Of a stretch of 64,000 bases of DNA, positions 37,835-45,966 are shown piece after piece. A program made the position numbers and the translations under genes. Where the stretch lies: the NCBI GenBank assembly GCA_050735975.1, contig JBOHVS010000376.1, positions 2,986-66,985 of the forward strand, read 5' to 3'. The first letter of the stretch is position 1. Each line of letters opens with the position of its first letter. The notes under the pieces are model-generated. The model did not search any database. It had not been told where the DNA came from and was given only the letters and a program-made list of their open reading frames with translations. This DNA comes from Candidatus Binatia bacterium (lineage in GTDB: Bacteria > Desulfobacterota > Binatia > UBA9968).

Positions 37835-37857
37835 CGACGACCGCGACAGAAGTCAAA

Positions 37858-37937
37858 GGTCGGAGGTCAGAAATCAGAGGTCAGACGGCAGAGATCGGAG
37901 ACCCTTCCTCGATACTCTTTGCACTTTGCTCTTTGCC
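37858..37937. repeat. Family R3 copy
   Basis: GGTCGGAGGTCAGAAATCAGAGGTCAGAC ... GCACTTTGCTCTTTGCC. Abuts the AKR stop codon. Confidence 0.7.
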
Positions 37938-37939
37938 AG

Positions 37940-38920
37940 TTAGATATTGACTCGATCCATATCTCTGGCGCGCGGGCCGGCGGCAACTCCAGGTGGAAAG
38001 ACCGCGTTTAACCGGTTCAGGTCGTCTTTGCTGAGCTTGATGTCGACGGCCTTGAGGTTTTCCTCCAAATGCCGGCGGCTCTTGTTGCTGGGAATCGGGA
38101 TGATGTCTTCGCCCTGGGCCAGCAACCACGCAAGCGCGATCTGCGCCGATGTCGCTGATTTCTCTTTGGCGAATTCTTCGAAGCGGGTGAGCAGGTTTAG
38201 ATTGTGCTCGATGTTGCCCGATTGAAAGCGCGGGTGATTGTTACGGCTGTCGTTTTCGGAAATGTCATTACGGCTATGCACGGCACCCGCGAAGAAGCCT
38301 CGTCCGAGAGGAGAGTAGGCCATGAAACCCATGCCGAATTCCCGGCACGCCTGAATGTTGCCGGCTTCGGGATCGCGGGACCACAATGAATACTCCATTT
38401 GCAATGAGGCGATGGGATGCACTTTTCGCGCCCGGCGGATGGAATCGGCGCTCGCTTCCGAAAGACCGACATAACGGGCCTTGCCTTGCTCTACGAGCCG
38501 CGCCATGGCGCCGACCGATTCCTCGACGGGGACTTTAGGATCGACGCGCGACATGCAGAATATGTCGAGACAGTCGATGCCGAGACGCTGCAGGCTTTGC
38601 TCGCAGTTCTGAGTTAAGTAATCGGGTGAGCTGCCGCTGCGATTTCCACTCTCATCGGGCGCGCGGGGGCTACCCGACTTGGAATGAATCACGATCCTTT
38701 CGCGCCTGCCTTTGAGCGTTCGGGCGATCAATTCGTGATTATGGCCGTTGCCGTAACTGGCCGACGTATCGAGAAAGTTGATGCCGAGATCGAAGGCGCG
38801 GTGCAAGGTGGCTATGGATTCGTTGTCATCGGCACTCCCATAGACACCGGACATGCTCATGCAGCCGAGGCCCAACCGCGAGACCTCGAACCCGGTAGTT
38901 CCGAACTTGCGATATTCCAT
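37940..38920 (-). CDS. Aldo/keto reductase
   Basis: ATG at 38918-38920 gives MEYRKFGTTGFEVSRLGLGCMSMSG. Also FDLGINFLDTSASYGNGHNE and YVGLSE. Confidence 0.9.
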   Translation of the reverse strand: MEYRKFGTTGFEVSRLGLGCMSMSGVYGSADDNESIATLHRAFDLGINFLDTSASYGNGHNHELIARTLKGRRERIVIHSKSGSPRAPDESGNRSGSSPDYLTQNCEQSLQRLGIDCLDIFCMSRVDPKVPVEESVGAMARLVEQGKARYVGLSEASADSIRRARKVHPIASLQMEYSLWSRDPEAGNIQACREFGMGFMAYSPLGRGFFAGAVHSRNDISENDSRNNHPRFQSGNIEHNLNLLTRFEEFAKEKSATSAQIALAWLLAQGEDIIPIPSNKSRRHLEENLKAVDIKLSKDDLNRLNAVFPPGVAAGPRARDMDRVNI

Positions 38921-39039
38921 ATAACTTCCCTGTCGCTGATGGCTAAGGAGGAACGGGCCGAGGTCAGAAGTCAAGGGTTGAAAAGCTTTGCTTCTCTATC
39001 CATGACTCCACCTCCTTAGCAATTATCACCGCATTTCGA

Positions 39040-40665
39040 CTACCCAGTCTCCCATTTGACTGAGATCGAGCTGTGGACCCGCTTTACTCCAGGCACATTG
39101 CGTGCAGCCTCTTCGGCGGCGGCTTTTTGCTTTCCCGATAGGACCGCGCCGGTAAGGTAGGCTGTATCATTAACAAACGCCACGACCACGCCCTCGACCG
39201 CCCGCTGGTGAATAGCTCTGTCTATCTGATTTTCTATCGCTTTTTGCCACGAAGCCGCCGAAGGGGGCGGATTAGCGTCCGGAAATTTCTTTTCCGGCGG
39301 CGACACATCGGACGGTCCGCCGGGTGCCATGTTACTGCTGCCAAGCGGGTTTCCGTTTGTCCCTGGAGGGGTGGGGATGGGTTTCAACGTCGTGGGGTCT
39401 CTGTCGCGCGGCGCTTGCTCGCTCTCAGGTTTTTGTGCGGTAGCGAAATCCTGGTACGGCGGAAGCTCAGGCGCCGGCTGCTTCTTTTCAAGCACACGGT
39501 CAAAAAAACTTTGCGATAGGGGATGATTGGATCCGTAAAATTCCCACAGACCAATCATACCCATCCCGATGACCAGCAACCCTGCCACTTTTGTAGTCCT
39601 GCGTCCTGCCTTTCGCGCGAACGGCGCTGGGATCGGTTCGCTGAATTCGCTGAAAATGCTGGCTGTTTCCGGGGGCGGCAATCTCCATTGATCCTCCAAC
39701 GGGGGATCCTCTGACGGGGGATCATCCAACGGTTTTCGAGCCGTCAACGTGCGTACGCGTCTAGAAATCGTGTCACCGTTCGGATCAAGCCAGGACAACG
39801 CAACGGAATCATCTTCTGGATCATGCAAAACTTTTTTAGAAATCCAATTTCGGTATAGGTCCGCGTTGAGCCGCTCTGCGTGAATAGGCTGCCGCATCTC
39901 GTTCTGCAGAGCGCATGCGTTGATCGCGCGAGGGTTGGCGCTTTCTTCAACGAAAACACGGTCGTTGACGGCCCTAAGATCATACCCGTCAGGGAAAACG
40001 ACGAGCCCTCTTACCTTGATGTCAGATGTCTGTCTGTGATCGTCAAAGAAGGCGGTAAGCTTATCTTCAACGATTCTCATCGCTTGCTTCGCTCGCCTGA
40101 CCGGGTTGTCAATCGGGAAGTCTCTTCCATCGGATAGGGTCAAGAGCCAAGGTCCTTCAGGAATTAATGATTTATGAACACTCGCCTGCTCAATGCCACA
40201 AGGATCGACGATTGCCGCGACCGTAATCCCGTGAGGAGCGACCGCCAGGAGATCGGCGTCGAGATCCATTCCAAACCATGGTGTCTCGCTCGGGTCCAAT
40301 CGTGAGAAGGCTTCCGCCAGGTTTTCATTGATCTTCTTCTTAAAGCCGGAAGCGTCGTAAGGCTTACGACGAGATTCCGTTTGTTGATCAACTTGATCAA
40401 GAGGTGGCGTGATTTCGGATTCTGGCTCAGGGGATGATGTCGCCTGCAGTTCTTCTGCGCTGCTGTCAGTAATCTCGGTTGGACGTTGCTGGTTCAGATC
40501 CGCCCCGCACTTTCCGCAAAATCCGTCAACTTGCTCGCCTAAATTGCCGCACGATGGACACTGCTGGCCGGAGGCTTGGTCTGGAGGCGCAAAGCGCAAA
40601 CCATGATTTGGGCAATAGTTATAAGAATCAGGATATACTAAACGACAAAGCCGACAGTATTTCAC
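39040..40665 (-). CDS. Membrane-anchored multidomain protein: double Zn-ribbon + degenerate NERD-like domain + TM + Pro-rich linker + BON domain
   Basis: GTG start. CRLC..CPNHG and CPSCG..CGKCG ribbons. DADLLAVAPHGITVAAIVDPCG ... DNPVRRAKQAMRIVEDKL resembles a NERD layout. TM segment VAGLLVIGMGMIGLWEFYG. C-terminal VVVAFVNDTAYLTGAVLSGKQKAAAEEAARNVPGVKRV is BON-like. Confidence 0.65.
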   Translation of the reverse strand: MKYCRLCRLVYPDSYNYCPNHGLRFAPPDQASGQQCPSCGNLGEQVDGFCGKCGADLNQQRPTEITDSSAEELQATSSPEPESEITPPLDQVDQQTESRRKPYDASGFKKKINENLAEAFSRLDPSETPWFGMDLDADLLAVAPHGITVAAIVDPCGIEQASVHKSLIPEGPWLLTLSDGRDFPIDNPVRRAKQAMRIVEDKLTAFFDDHRQTSDIKVRGLVVFPDGYDLRAVNDRVFVEESANPRAINACALQNEMRQPIHAERLNADLYRNWISKKVLHDPEDDSVALSWLDPNGDTISRRVRTLTARKPLDDPPSEDPPLEDQWRLPPPETASIFSEFSEPIPAPFARKAGRRTTKVAGLLVIGMGMIGLWEFYGSNHPLSQSFFDRVLEKKQPAPELPPYQDFATAQKPESEQAPRDRDPTTLKPIPTPPGTNGNPLGSSNMAPGGPSDVSPPEKKFPDANPPPSAASWQKAIENQIDRAIHQRAVEGVVVAFVNDTAYLTGAVLSGKQKAAAEEAARNVPGVKRVHSSISVKWETG

Positions 40666-41148
40666 GGTCTCATCTAAACATACTGAAAATAGTGCCGCAA
40701 CATTGCACGCGCACTTAACGAACTTACCTAACCGCCCTTGATTCCGAAGGGGATGTCATAATCCTTTTCAATCTTCTTTTCAAGAAATTTCTGAGAAACG
40801 CAGCTATCGTGTATTGGATCCGGTAAGAAAGTTCTTTAAGAAACCCAAAGGACTTATTTAGGTCTTCCCCTGAACTGCAAGCGCGCTTTGCTCTTTCGTG
40901 GTTGCAGGGCGGTATGTTTGGATATCTACGGGAAGGCAAAGAGATCGTTCGATTTCGTCTTCCAGGCGTCCAAGAAGGCGAGGATACTCCTTTCTAAAAT
41001 GGACCAAGTTTGTACGGGACTCCGAGCAATGAGAAATCTGACAGGGGTTTCGTCAAAGGGCTTTACGGGCGATAGCAAAAGTTGATAAAGAGATTGAGTT
41101 CGGTCCCGACCAAAAGAAAATTCACGATAGAAAGAAGGAGGGTGCCAA

Positions 41149-41973
41149 ATGGCAGTGACGAAAGAATACAAGACGGTCAAAGTTGACAAAGAAGACGGGA
41201 TCACGTGGGTCATTTTGAACCGGCCGGAGAAGAGAAACGCGATGAACCCGCAGCTTCACTACGACATGCTCGAAGCGCTGACGGAGCTGGAGGTCGACAA
41301 GGAAACGCAAGTGGTGGTAATTACGGGCGCCGGGCCGAGCTGGTGCGCAGGGCAGGATCTGCGCGAGTACTTTCGCGGCACCGACGATAACGCGATCGAA
41401 AGACGTAAGGCGAGCTGGGCCTCTCAGGAGTGGCGCTGGCGCAGGCTGTTCACCTTCCCAAAACCCACCATCGCCATGGTCAACGGGTTTTGCTTCGGCG
41501 GGGCTTTCACGCCGCTCATCGCCTGTGATTTTGCCATCGCCGCCGAGGACGCGATCTTTGGTTTGAGCGAAATCAACTGGGGTATCTTTCCGGGCGGATT
41601 GGTGAGCCGGGTTTTGGCGGATGCTATGAGTTATCGTGACGCCATGTACTACATCATGACGGGAGATCCGTTCGACGGCAAGAAGGCCGCGGAGTTGAAG
41701 CTCGTGAATTACGCTGTACCGAAGGAAAAGCTGCGTGAAGAAACAGTCAAGCTGGCGAAGAAGCTGATGGAGAAGAATCCGCAGGTGCTTAGAGCGGCGA
41801 AGGAAGTTTACAAGTACTGCCGCAATATGGATTACAACCAGGCCGAGGATTACATGTCGGCGAAGGGAACCGCTTTGCGGCTGAGCGATCCGGAAAAGGG
41901 ACGCGAGACCGGTATGAAGCAGTTCCTTGACGAAAAGACCTACCGGCCGGGATTGGGCACCTACAAGCGATAA
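41149..41973 (+). CDS. Hydroxycinnamoyl-CoA (feruloyl-CoA) hydratase/lyase-like crotonase (HCHL subfamily)
   Basis: Colinear with Pseudomonas HCHL as I recall it: KTVKV..EDGI.WVILNRPEKRNAM, KPTIAMVNG.CFGG, FGLSEINWGI.PG, NP.VLRAAK, and the diagnostic tail GMKQFLDEKTYRPGLGTYKR. SD AAGGAGGG upstream. Confidence 0.9.
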   Translation: MAVTKEYKTVKVDKEDGITWVILNRPEKRNAMNPQLHYDMLEALTELEVDKETQVVVITGAGPSWCAGQDLREYFRGTDDNAIERRKASWASQEWRWRRLFTFPKPTIAMVNGFCFGGAFTPLIACDFAIAAEDAIFGLSEINWGIFPGGLVSRVLADAMSYRDAMYYIMTGDPFDGKKAAELKLVNYAVPKEKLREETVKLAKKLMEKNPQVLRAAKEVYKYCRNMDYNQAEDYMSAKGTALRLSDPEKGRETGMKQFLDEKTYRPGLGTYKR

Positions 41974-41974
41974 G

Positions 41975-42117
41975 CAGACAGAGACAGAGATGAAGAGACA
42001 GAGAGGGATGAAGAGATAGAGACAGAGAAAAACAGACAGAGATAGTGAAAGAGATAGAGCCCTTGAAGGCCATTAGGTTCTTGGGCGGGATCTCTGTCTC
42101 AAATCTCTGTCTCTGTG
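41975..42117. repeat. Family R7 copy
   Basis: CAGACAGAGACAGAGATGAAGAGACAGAGAG ... TCTCTGTCTCAAATCTCTGTCTCTGTG. Confidence 0.75.
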
Positions 42118-42132
42118 TAATGGTTGATCAAC

Positions 42133-43299
42133 ATGGATTTCAACTTACCCGAAGAGCTTCAGGTACTGAAGGAAACGGTTCGAAAGTTCGTCGATCGAGA
42201 GCTGATCCCTCTGGAGCGGGAGTGCCGCCCGGAGGGCGAGGAGATGCCGGAAAAGTTCATTAAGCCGCTGCAGGAAAAAGCGAAAGCCATCGGATTGTGG
42301 TTGCTTGATGTGCCGCAGGAATATGGCGGGGCCGGTCTCGATCTGCTCAGCCGGTGCGTGATCATGGAAGAGGTGGCGCGGACGGTCGCGATTCCTTTTC
42401 GCTACGCGCCGATCTTTGGCCCTGAAGTGAGGCCGGTGCTGTTTCATTGCAACGAGGAGCAGAAAGAGCGGTTCCTTTTCCCGGTCATGCGGGGAGAGAA
42501 GCGTATGTGCTTCGCGCAGACCGAGCCGGATGCAGGCAGCGACCCCGCGGGGATGAAAACTCGCGCCGTTAGAGACGGCGATCATTATGTTGTCAATGGC
42601 ACAAAGCGCTTTATCACCGGTGCAAAAAACGCTGATTACGCGCAAGTGATCGCGGTCACCGATCCCGAGAAACGGGCGCGCGGCGGCGTTACTTGCTTCA
42701 TTGTCGACATGAAGGCTCCGGGAGTTACGCTTGAGCGGCTTTGGCCGACCATGATGGGCGATACGCCGGGTCAAATTCTATTCGAGAACGTACGAGTGCC
42801 TGCGGCCAACATTATCGGCGGCGAAGGCCAGGGCTTCTCCATCGCCCAGAAATGGATTCAAGAGGGACGCATACGCGGGCACGGCGCGCGGCCGGCCGGC
42901 ATCGCGCAGCGGGCGCTCGATATGATGATCGAGTACTCCAAGGTGCGGACGACGTTTGGCCGTCCGCTTTCGGATCGCCAGGCGATTCAGTTCATGATCG
43001 CCGACTCGGCGATGGAACTGCACGCCTGCCGATTGATGGTTTACGAATGCGCCTGGCGTCATGACCGGGAGGAAGACGTTCGCCAGCTTTCCTATATGAC
43101 CAAGATCATGTGCGCCGAAATGGCGAGCCGAGTCGTGGATCGCTCGATCCAAGTTCACGGCGGTGTCGGGCTCACTCGCGACCTGCCTCTCGAATGGTGG
43201 TACCGCCAGGTGCGGAGCATCCGCATCACCGAAGGGACGCCGGAAGTCCTACGTTGGCGACTAGCAGAACATCTCATCAAAAGTCATAAACCATTATGA
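42133..43299 (+). CDS. Acyl-CoA dehydrogenase, paralogue of 35787..36941
   Basis: MDFNLPEELQVLKETVRKFVD, QTEPDAGSDPAG, NGTKRFITGA, ITEGTPEVLR. Confidence 0.9.
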   Translation: MDFNLPEELQVLKETVRKFVDRELIPLERECRPEGEEMPEKFIKPLQEKAKAIGLWLLDVPQEYGGAGLDLLSRCVIMEEVARTVAIPFRYAPIFGPEVRPVLFHCNEEQKERFLFPVMRGEKRMCFAQTEPDAGSDPAGMKTRAVRDGDHYVVNGTKRFITGAKNADYAQVIAVTDPEKRARGGVTCFIVDMKAPGVTLERLWPTMMGDTPGQILFENVRVPAANIIGGEGQGFSIAQKWIQEGRIRGHGARPAGIAQRALDMMIEYSKVRTTFGRPLSDRQAIQFMIADSAMELHACRLMVYECAWRHDREEDVRQLSYMTKIMCAEMASRVVDRSIQVHGGVGLTRDLPLEWWYRQVRSIRITEGTPEVLRWRLAEHLIKSHKPL

Positions 43300-44549
43300 C
43301 GGCGATCGCGGATGCAAGTTCCCTAGCCCGCGTTGCGGGAGAGGGTCAGGGTGAGGGTGCAACCGCTCTCCTGCCCGGCTTCCGTGTCCTGGATTTGAGT
43401 TCTTCGATGGGGGCATTTTGCGGCAAGCTGCTGCGCGACCTGGGAATGGACGTTATCAAGGTCGAACAGCCGGGAGGCGACGCCGCCCGCTCCGAGCCGC
43501 CCTTTGCCAAAGGCCATACTCACCGCGAAGGAAGCCTTCGTTTCGCGTACCTCAACGCGGGCAAGCGCAGCATCACGCTCGACATCACGAAGGAGACCGG
43601 CCGGAAGCTCTTGTTCGACTTGGTGGCGCGCTCTGATATTGTGCTGGAAACCTTCGAACCGGGCTATCTGGCCGCGCACCATATCGGCTACGAGTCCATG
43701 ATAGCACGCCAGGAAAAAATAATTTTGGTTTCCCTCACCGGTTTCGGCCAGGACGGACCCTACGCTCATTTTAAGACACCGGATATCGTTGGCACGGCTA
43801 TGGGCGGTTTGCTCTATATCAGCGGCGATCCAAAGCTCACGCCATGCAATCCACCGGAGACGCAATCGTATTATTACGCGAGTCTTTTCGCGGCTTACGG
43901 CGTGATGCTCGCGCTCTGGCAGCGGCAGACGCGCGGCATCGGCGCGTTCATCGATGCGTCGATTCAAGCGAGCATGGCGCTGCACGAGCACGTCGCTTTC
44001 AACTATTCGGCGGAGGGGCGGGTGATGAAGCGCGCCGGCAGCCAGCACCAGCACAATGCGCCGGCCAATCTTTTTAAGTGCAAGAACGGTTACATCGCGC
44101 TCTTCGTCACGCAAAATCACTGGCCGCTTCTGCTGAAGGTTTGGGAAGATCATGCGCCGGAGCTCGACGATCCAAAGTGGATCAACAGCAACTTGCGGCG
44201 CGCTAACGCCGACTATATCAACGCGCAAGTGACTTCTTTCACTTCCCGGTTTCTCAAAGAAGACCTCGCCGAACTGATGCAAAAGCACGGCATACCGGGT
44301 CTGCCGGTCAACTCGCCGTCAGACTTTATGAAGGACCCGCACATACGGGCGCGGGGGTTTTTTAGCAAAGTCACACACCCGGTGCTTGGTCCCTATGATC
44401 AGCCGGGCAGCCCATTCATGGTGGACGGCAAACGCTCGGCGCCTTTGCCACCGCCGCTTTTGGGGCAGCACAACGAGGAAGTGTTTTGCGGCGAACTCGG
44501 TCTCACCCGGCGAGACCTGGAAGTGTTGGTCGCGGACGGCGTGATCTGA
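43296..44549 (+). CDS. Family III CoA-transferase, A-type subunit
   Basis: ATGA overlap with the ACAD. Colinear with module A of the 798-aa fusion (for example GGLLYISGDPKLTPCNPPETQSYYYASLFAAYGVMLAL versus GGLMYISGDPSLPPCKAPETQAYYFGSLFAAIGVLAAL). Confidence 0.9.
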   Translation: MTAIADASSLARVAGEGQGEGATALLPGFRVLDLSSSMGAFCGKLLRDLGMDVIKVEQPGGDAARSEPPFAKGHTHREGSLRFAYLNAGKRSITLDITKETGRKLLFDLVARSDIVLETFEPGYLAAHHIGYESMIARQEKIILVSLTGFGQDGPYAHFKTPDIVGTAMGGLLYISGDPKLTPCNPPETQSYYYASLFAAYGVMLALWQRQTRGIGAFIDASIQASMALHEHVAFNYSAEGRVMKRAGSQHQHNAPANLFKCKNGYIALFVTQNHWPLLLKVWEDHAPELDDPKWINSNLRRANADYINAQVTSFTSRFLKEDLAELMQKHGIPGLPVNSPSDFMKDPHIRARGFFSKVTHPVLGPYDQPGSPFMVDGKRSAPLPPPLLGQHNEEVFCGELGLTRRDLEVLVADGVI

Positions 44550-44550
44550 A

Positions 44551-44641
44551 TGCGAATGTCAAATTGCAAAGTGCAAAACGGAGATTGTGAAATTTCGGAC
44601 AAAGATTTGCGTTTTGCAATTTGCATTCTGCAATTTGCATT
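44551..44641. repeat. Family R4 palindromic copy
   Basis: AAATTGCAAAGTGCAAAACG ... CGTTTTGCAATTTGCATTCTGCAATTTGCA. Lies between the two CoA-transferase genes and contains the spurious ATG 44587. Confidence 0.8.
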
Positions 44642-44655
44642 GGACCGGGGAATCC

Positions 44656-45870
44656 GTGCATAGCGCGAATCGTATACTCGAGGGCGTTCGCATCCTGACT
44701 TTCACGACCGGGTACGCCGGTCCTTACGCCGGCAGGTTGTTGTCCGGGTACGGCGCCGAAGTCATTAAAATAGAGTCGCGCAAAGGCGGACTCGATACTT
44801 TCCGCCATTACGGACAGCACAAAGATATCGACGCGGCGCCCAGGTTCATCGAATGCAATCTCGGGGTTCGCTCCTTTTCCGTGAACCTTAAACACCCTAT
44901 CGGGGTTCGGCTCATCAGGGAGTTGGCCGGCAAATCGGATGCGATCTTGCAGAATTTTCGGCCCAGGGTGTTGGATAAACTGGGTTTGGGCGACGACGAA
45001 CTCAGAAAGGTCAACCCCAAACTGGTAATTTTGAAATTGCCGGGCTTCGGTTCCGAAGGACCCAAAAGCGGCTATGGGACCTGGGGATTCAATCTCACGG
45101 CCTTTTCCGGCATGACCTACCTCTGGAATCATCCTGAGCAGGATCGACCCATCGGCAGTCAAGGAGTTTATCCCGACCATCTGGGCTTCATTATGGGGCC
45201 GACCATCATGGTCGCCGCGCTGCTGCGCAGCCGGCTCACAGGGAAGGGAGTCTCCGTCGATCTGGCGCAGATTGAAGGCACCGCCTACACGCTGGGGTCG
45301 ACGTACTTGGATGCGGCCGTGAACAGCCGTGATCCACAGCCGAAAGGCAACCGCGACCCGGTTGCCGCGCCCCACGGCTGCTACCCCTGCGAGGGGGAGG
45401 ATCGTTGGTGCGTCATCTCAGTTCGGACTGAAGAAGAATGGCGTAGCTTTTGTCAAGTCATCGGCCAGACGGAATTGGCGAGCGATGCTCGTTTCGCGGA
45501 CCTTCAGTCCCGGATAAAGCATCTCCGTGAGCTTGACGTTATTGTTCAGCGATGGACGGAAGCGAGAAGCGCGGAAGAGGTGATGGCCAAGCTCCAATCC
45601 ATGGGCGTCCCCGCCGGTGTTGTGCAAACCGGCGCGGATCTCCTCAAGGACCCGCAGTTGCGACACAGGAACTACTTTGCCGCATTTTCGGACTCCCTTA
45701 TCGGTCCTTTCGAAATTCCTCGCGGCGGATTTTTGTTCAAAGGGATGACTGAAGAACCGCTGCGGCTGCCTAACAGGTTCGGCTCCGACAACGAGCAAAT
45801 TCTGGGAGATATTCTAGGTTACGACAAAGCATCCATTGCCAAGTGGCAAACCGAGGAAATTTTGACTTAG
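44656..45870 (+). CDS. Family III CoA-transferase, B-type subunit
   Basis: Colinear with module B of the fusion (IESRKGGLD, NLTAFSGMTYLWNHP, IGSQGVYPDH). GTG at 44656 is preferred because ATG 44587 lies inside a palindromic repeat. The start is uncertain. Confidence 0.85.
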   Translation: MHSANRILEGVRILTFTTGYAGPYAGRLLSGYGAEVIKIESRKGGLDTFRHYGQHKDIDAAPRFIECNLGVRSFSVNLKHPIGVRLIRELAGKSDAILQNFRPRVLDKLGLGDDELRKVNPKLVILKLPGFGSEGPKSGYGTWGFNLTAFSGMTYLWNHPEQDRPIGSQGVYPDHLGFIMGPTIMVAALLRSRLTGKGVSVDLAQIEGTAYTLGSTYLDAAVNSRDPQPKGNRDPVAAPHGCYPCEGEDRWCVISVRTEEEWRSFCQVIGQTELASDARFADLQSRIKHLRELDVIVQRWTEARSAEEVMAKLQSMGVPAGVVQTGADLLKDPQLRHRNYFAAFSDSLIGPFEIPRGGFLFKGMTEEPLRLPNRFGSDNEQILGDILGYDKASIAKWQTEEILT

Positions 45871-45966
45871 ATACGTAGATGAAGTTGAGATTGTTTTGGT
45901 GATTTTTACCCTCGCCCTTTGGGAGAGACAGGGTGAGGGGAGCAGGCCGTTAGTGGATCCGGCTGA

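Noticed and set aside
39040-41213. NERD-like gene plus upstream small ORFs as a phage-defence operon
   Set aside because: The NERD-like segment lacks the usual catalytic residues. No helicase, ATPase, nuclease, methylase or toxin partner is adjacent, and the small ORFs have no convincing starts. It is reported only as an unusual architecture.
43323-43362. Repeat-like GGGAGAGGGTCAGGGTGAGGGTG inside the 5' end of the A-type CoA-transferase gene, suggesting a later start
   Set aside because: No in-frame alternative start exists before the conserved FRVLDL segment. The ATGA overlap with the upstream ACAD supports the annotated start, so the N-terminal GEGQGEG stretch is kept as coding.
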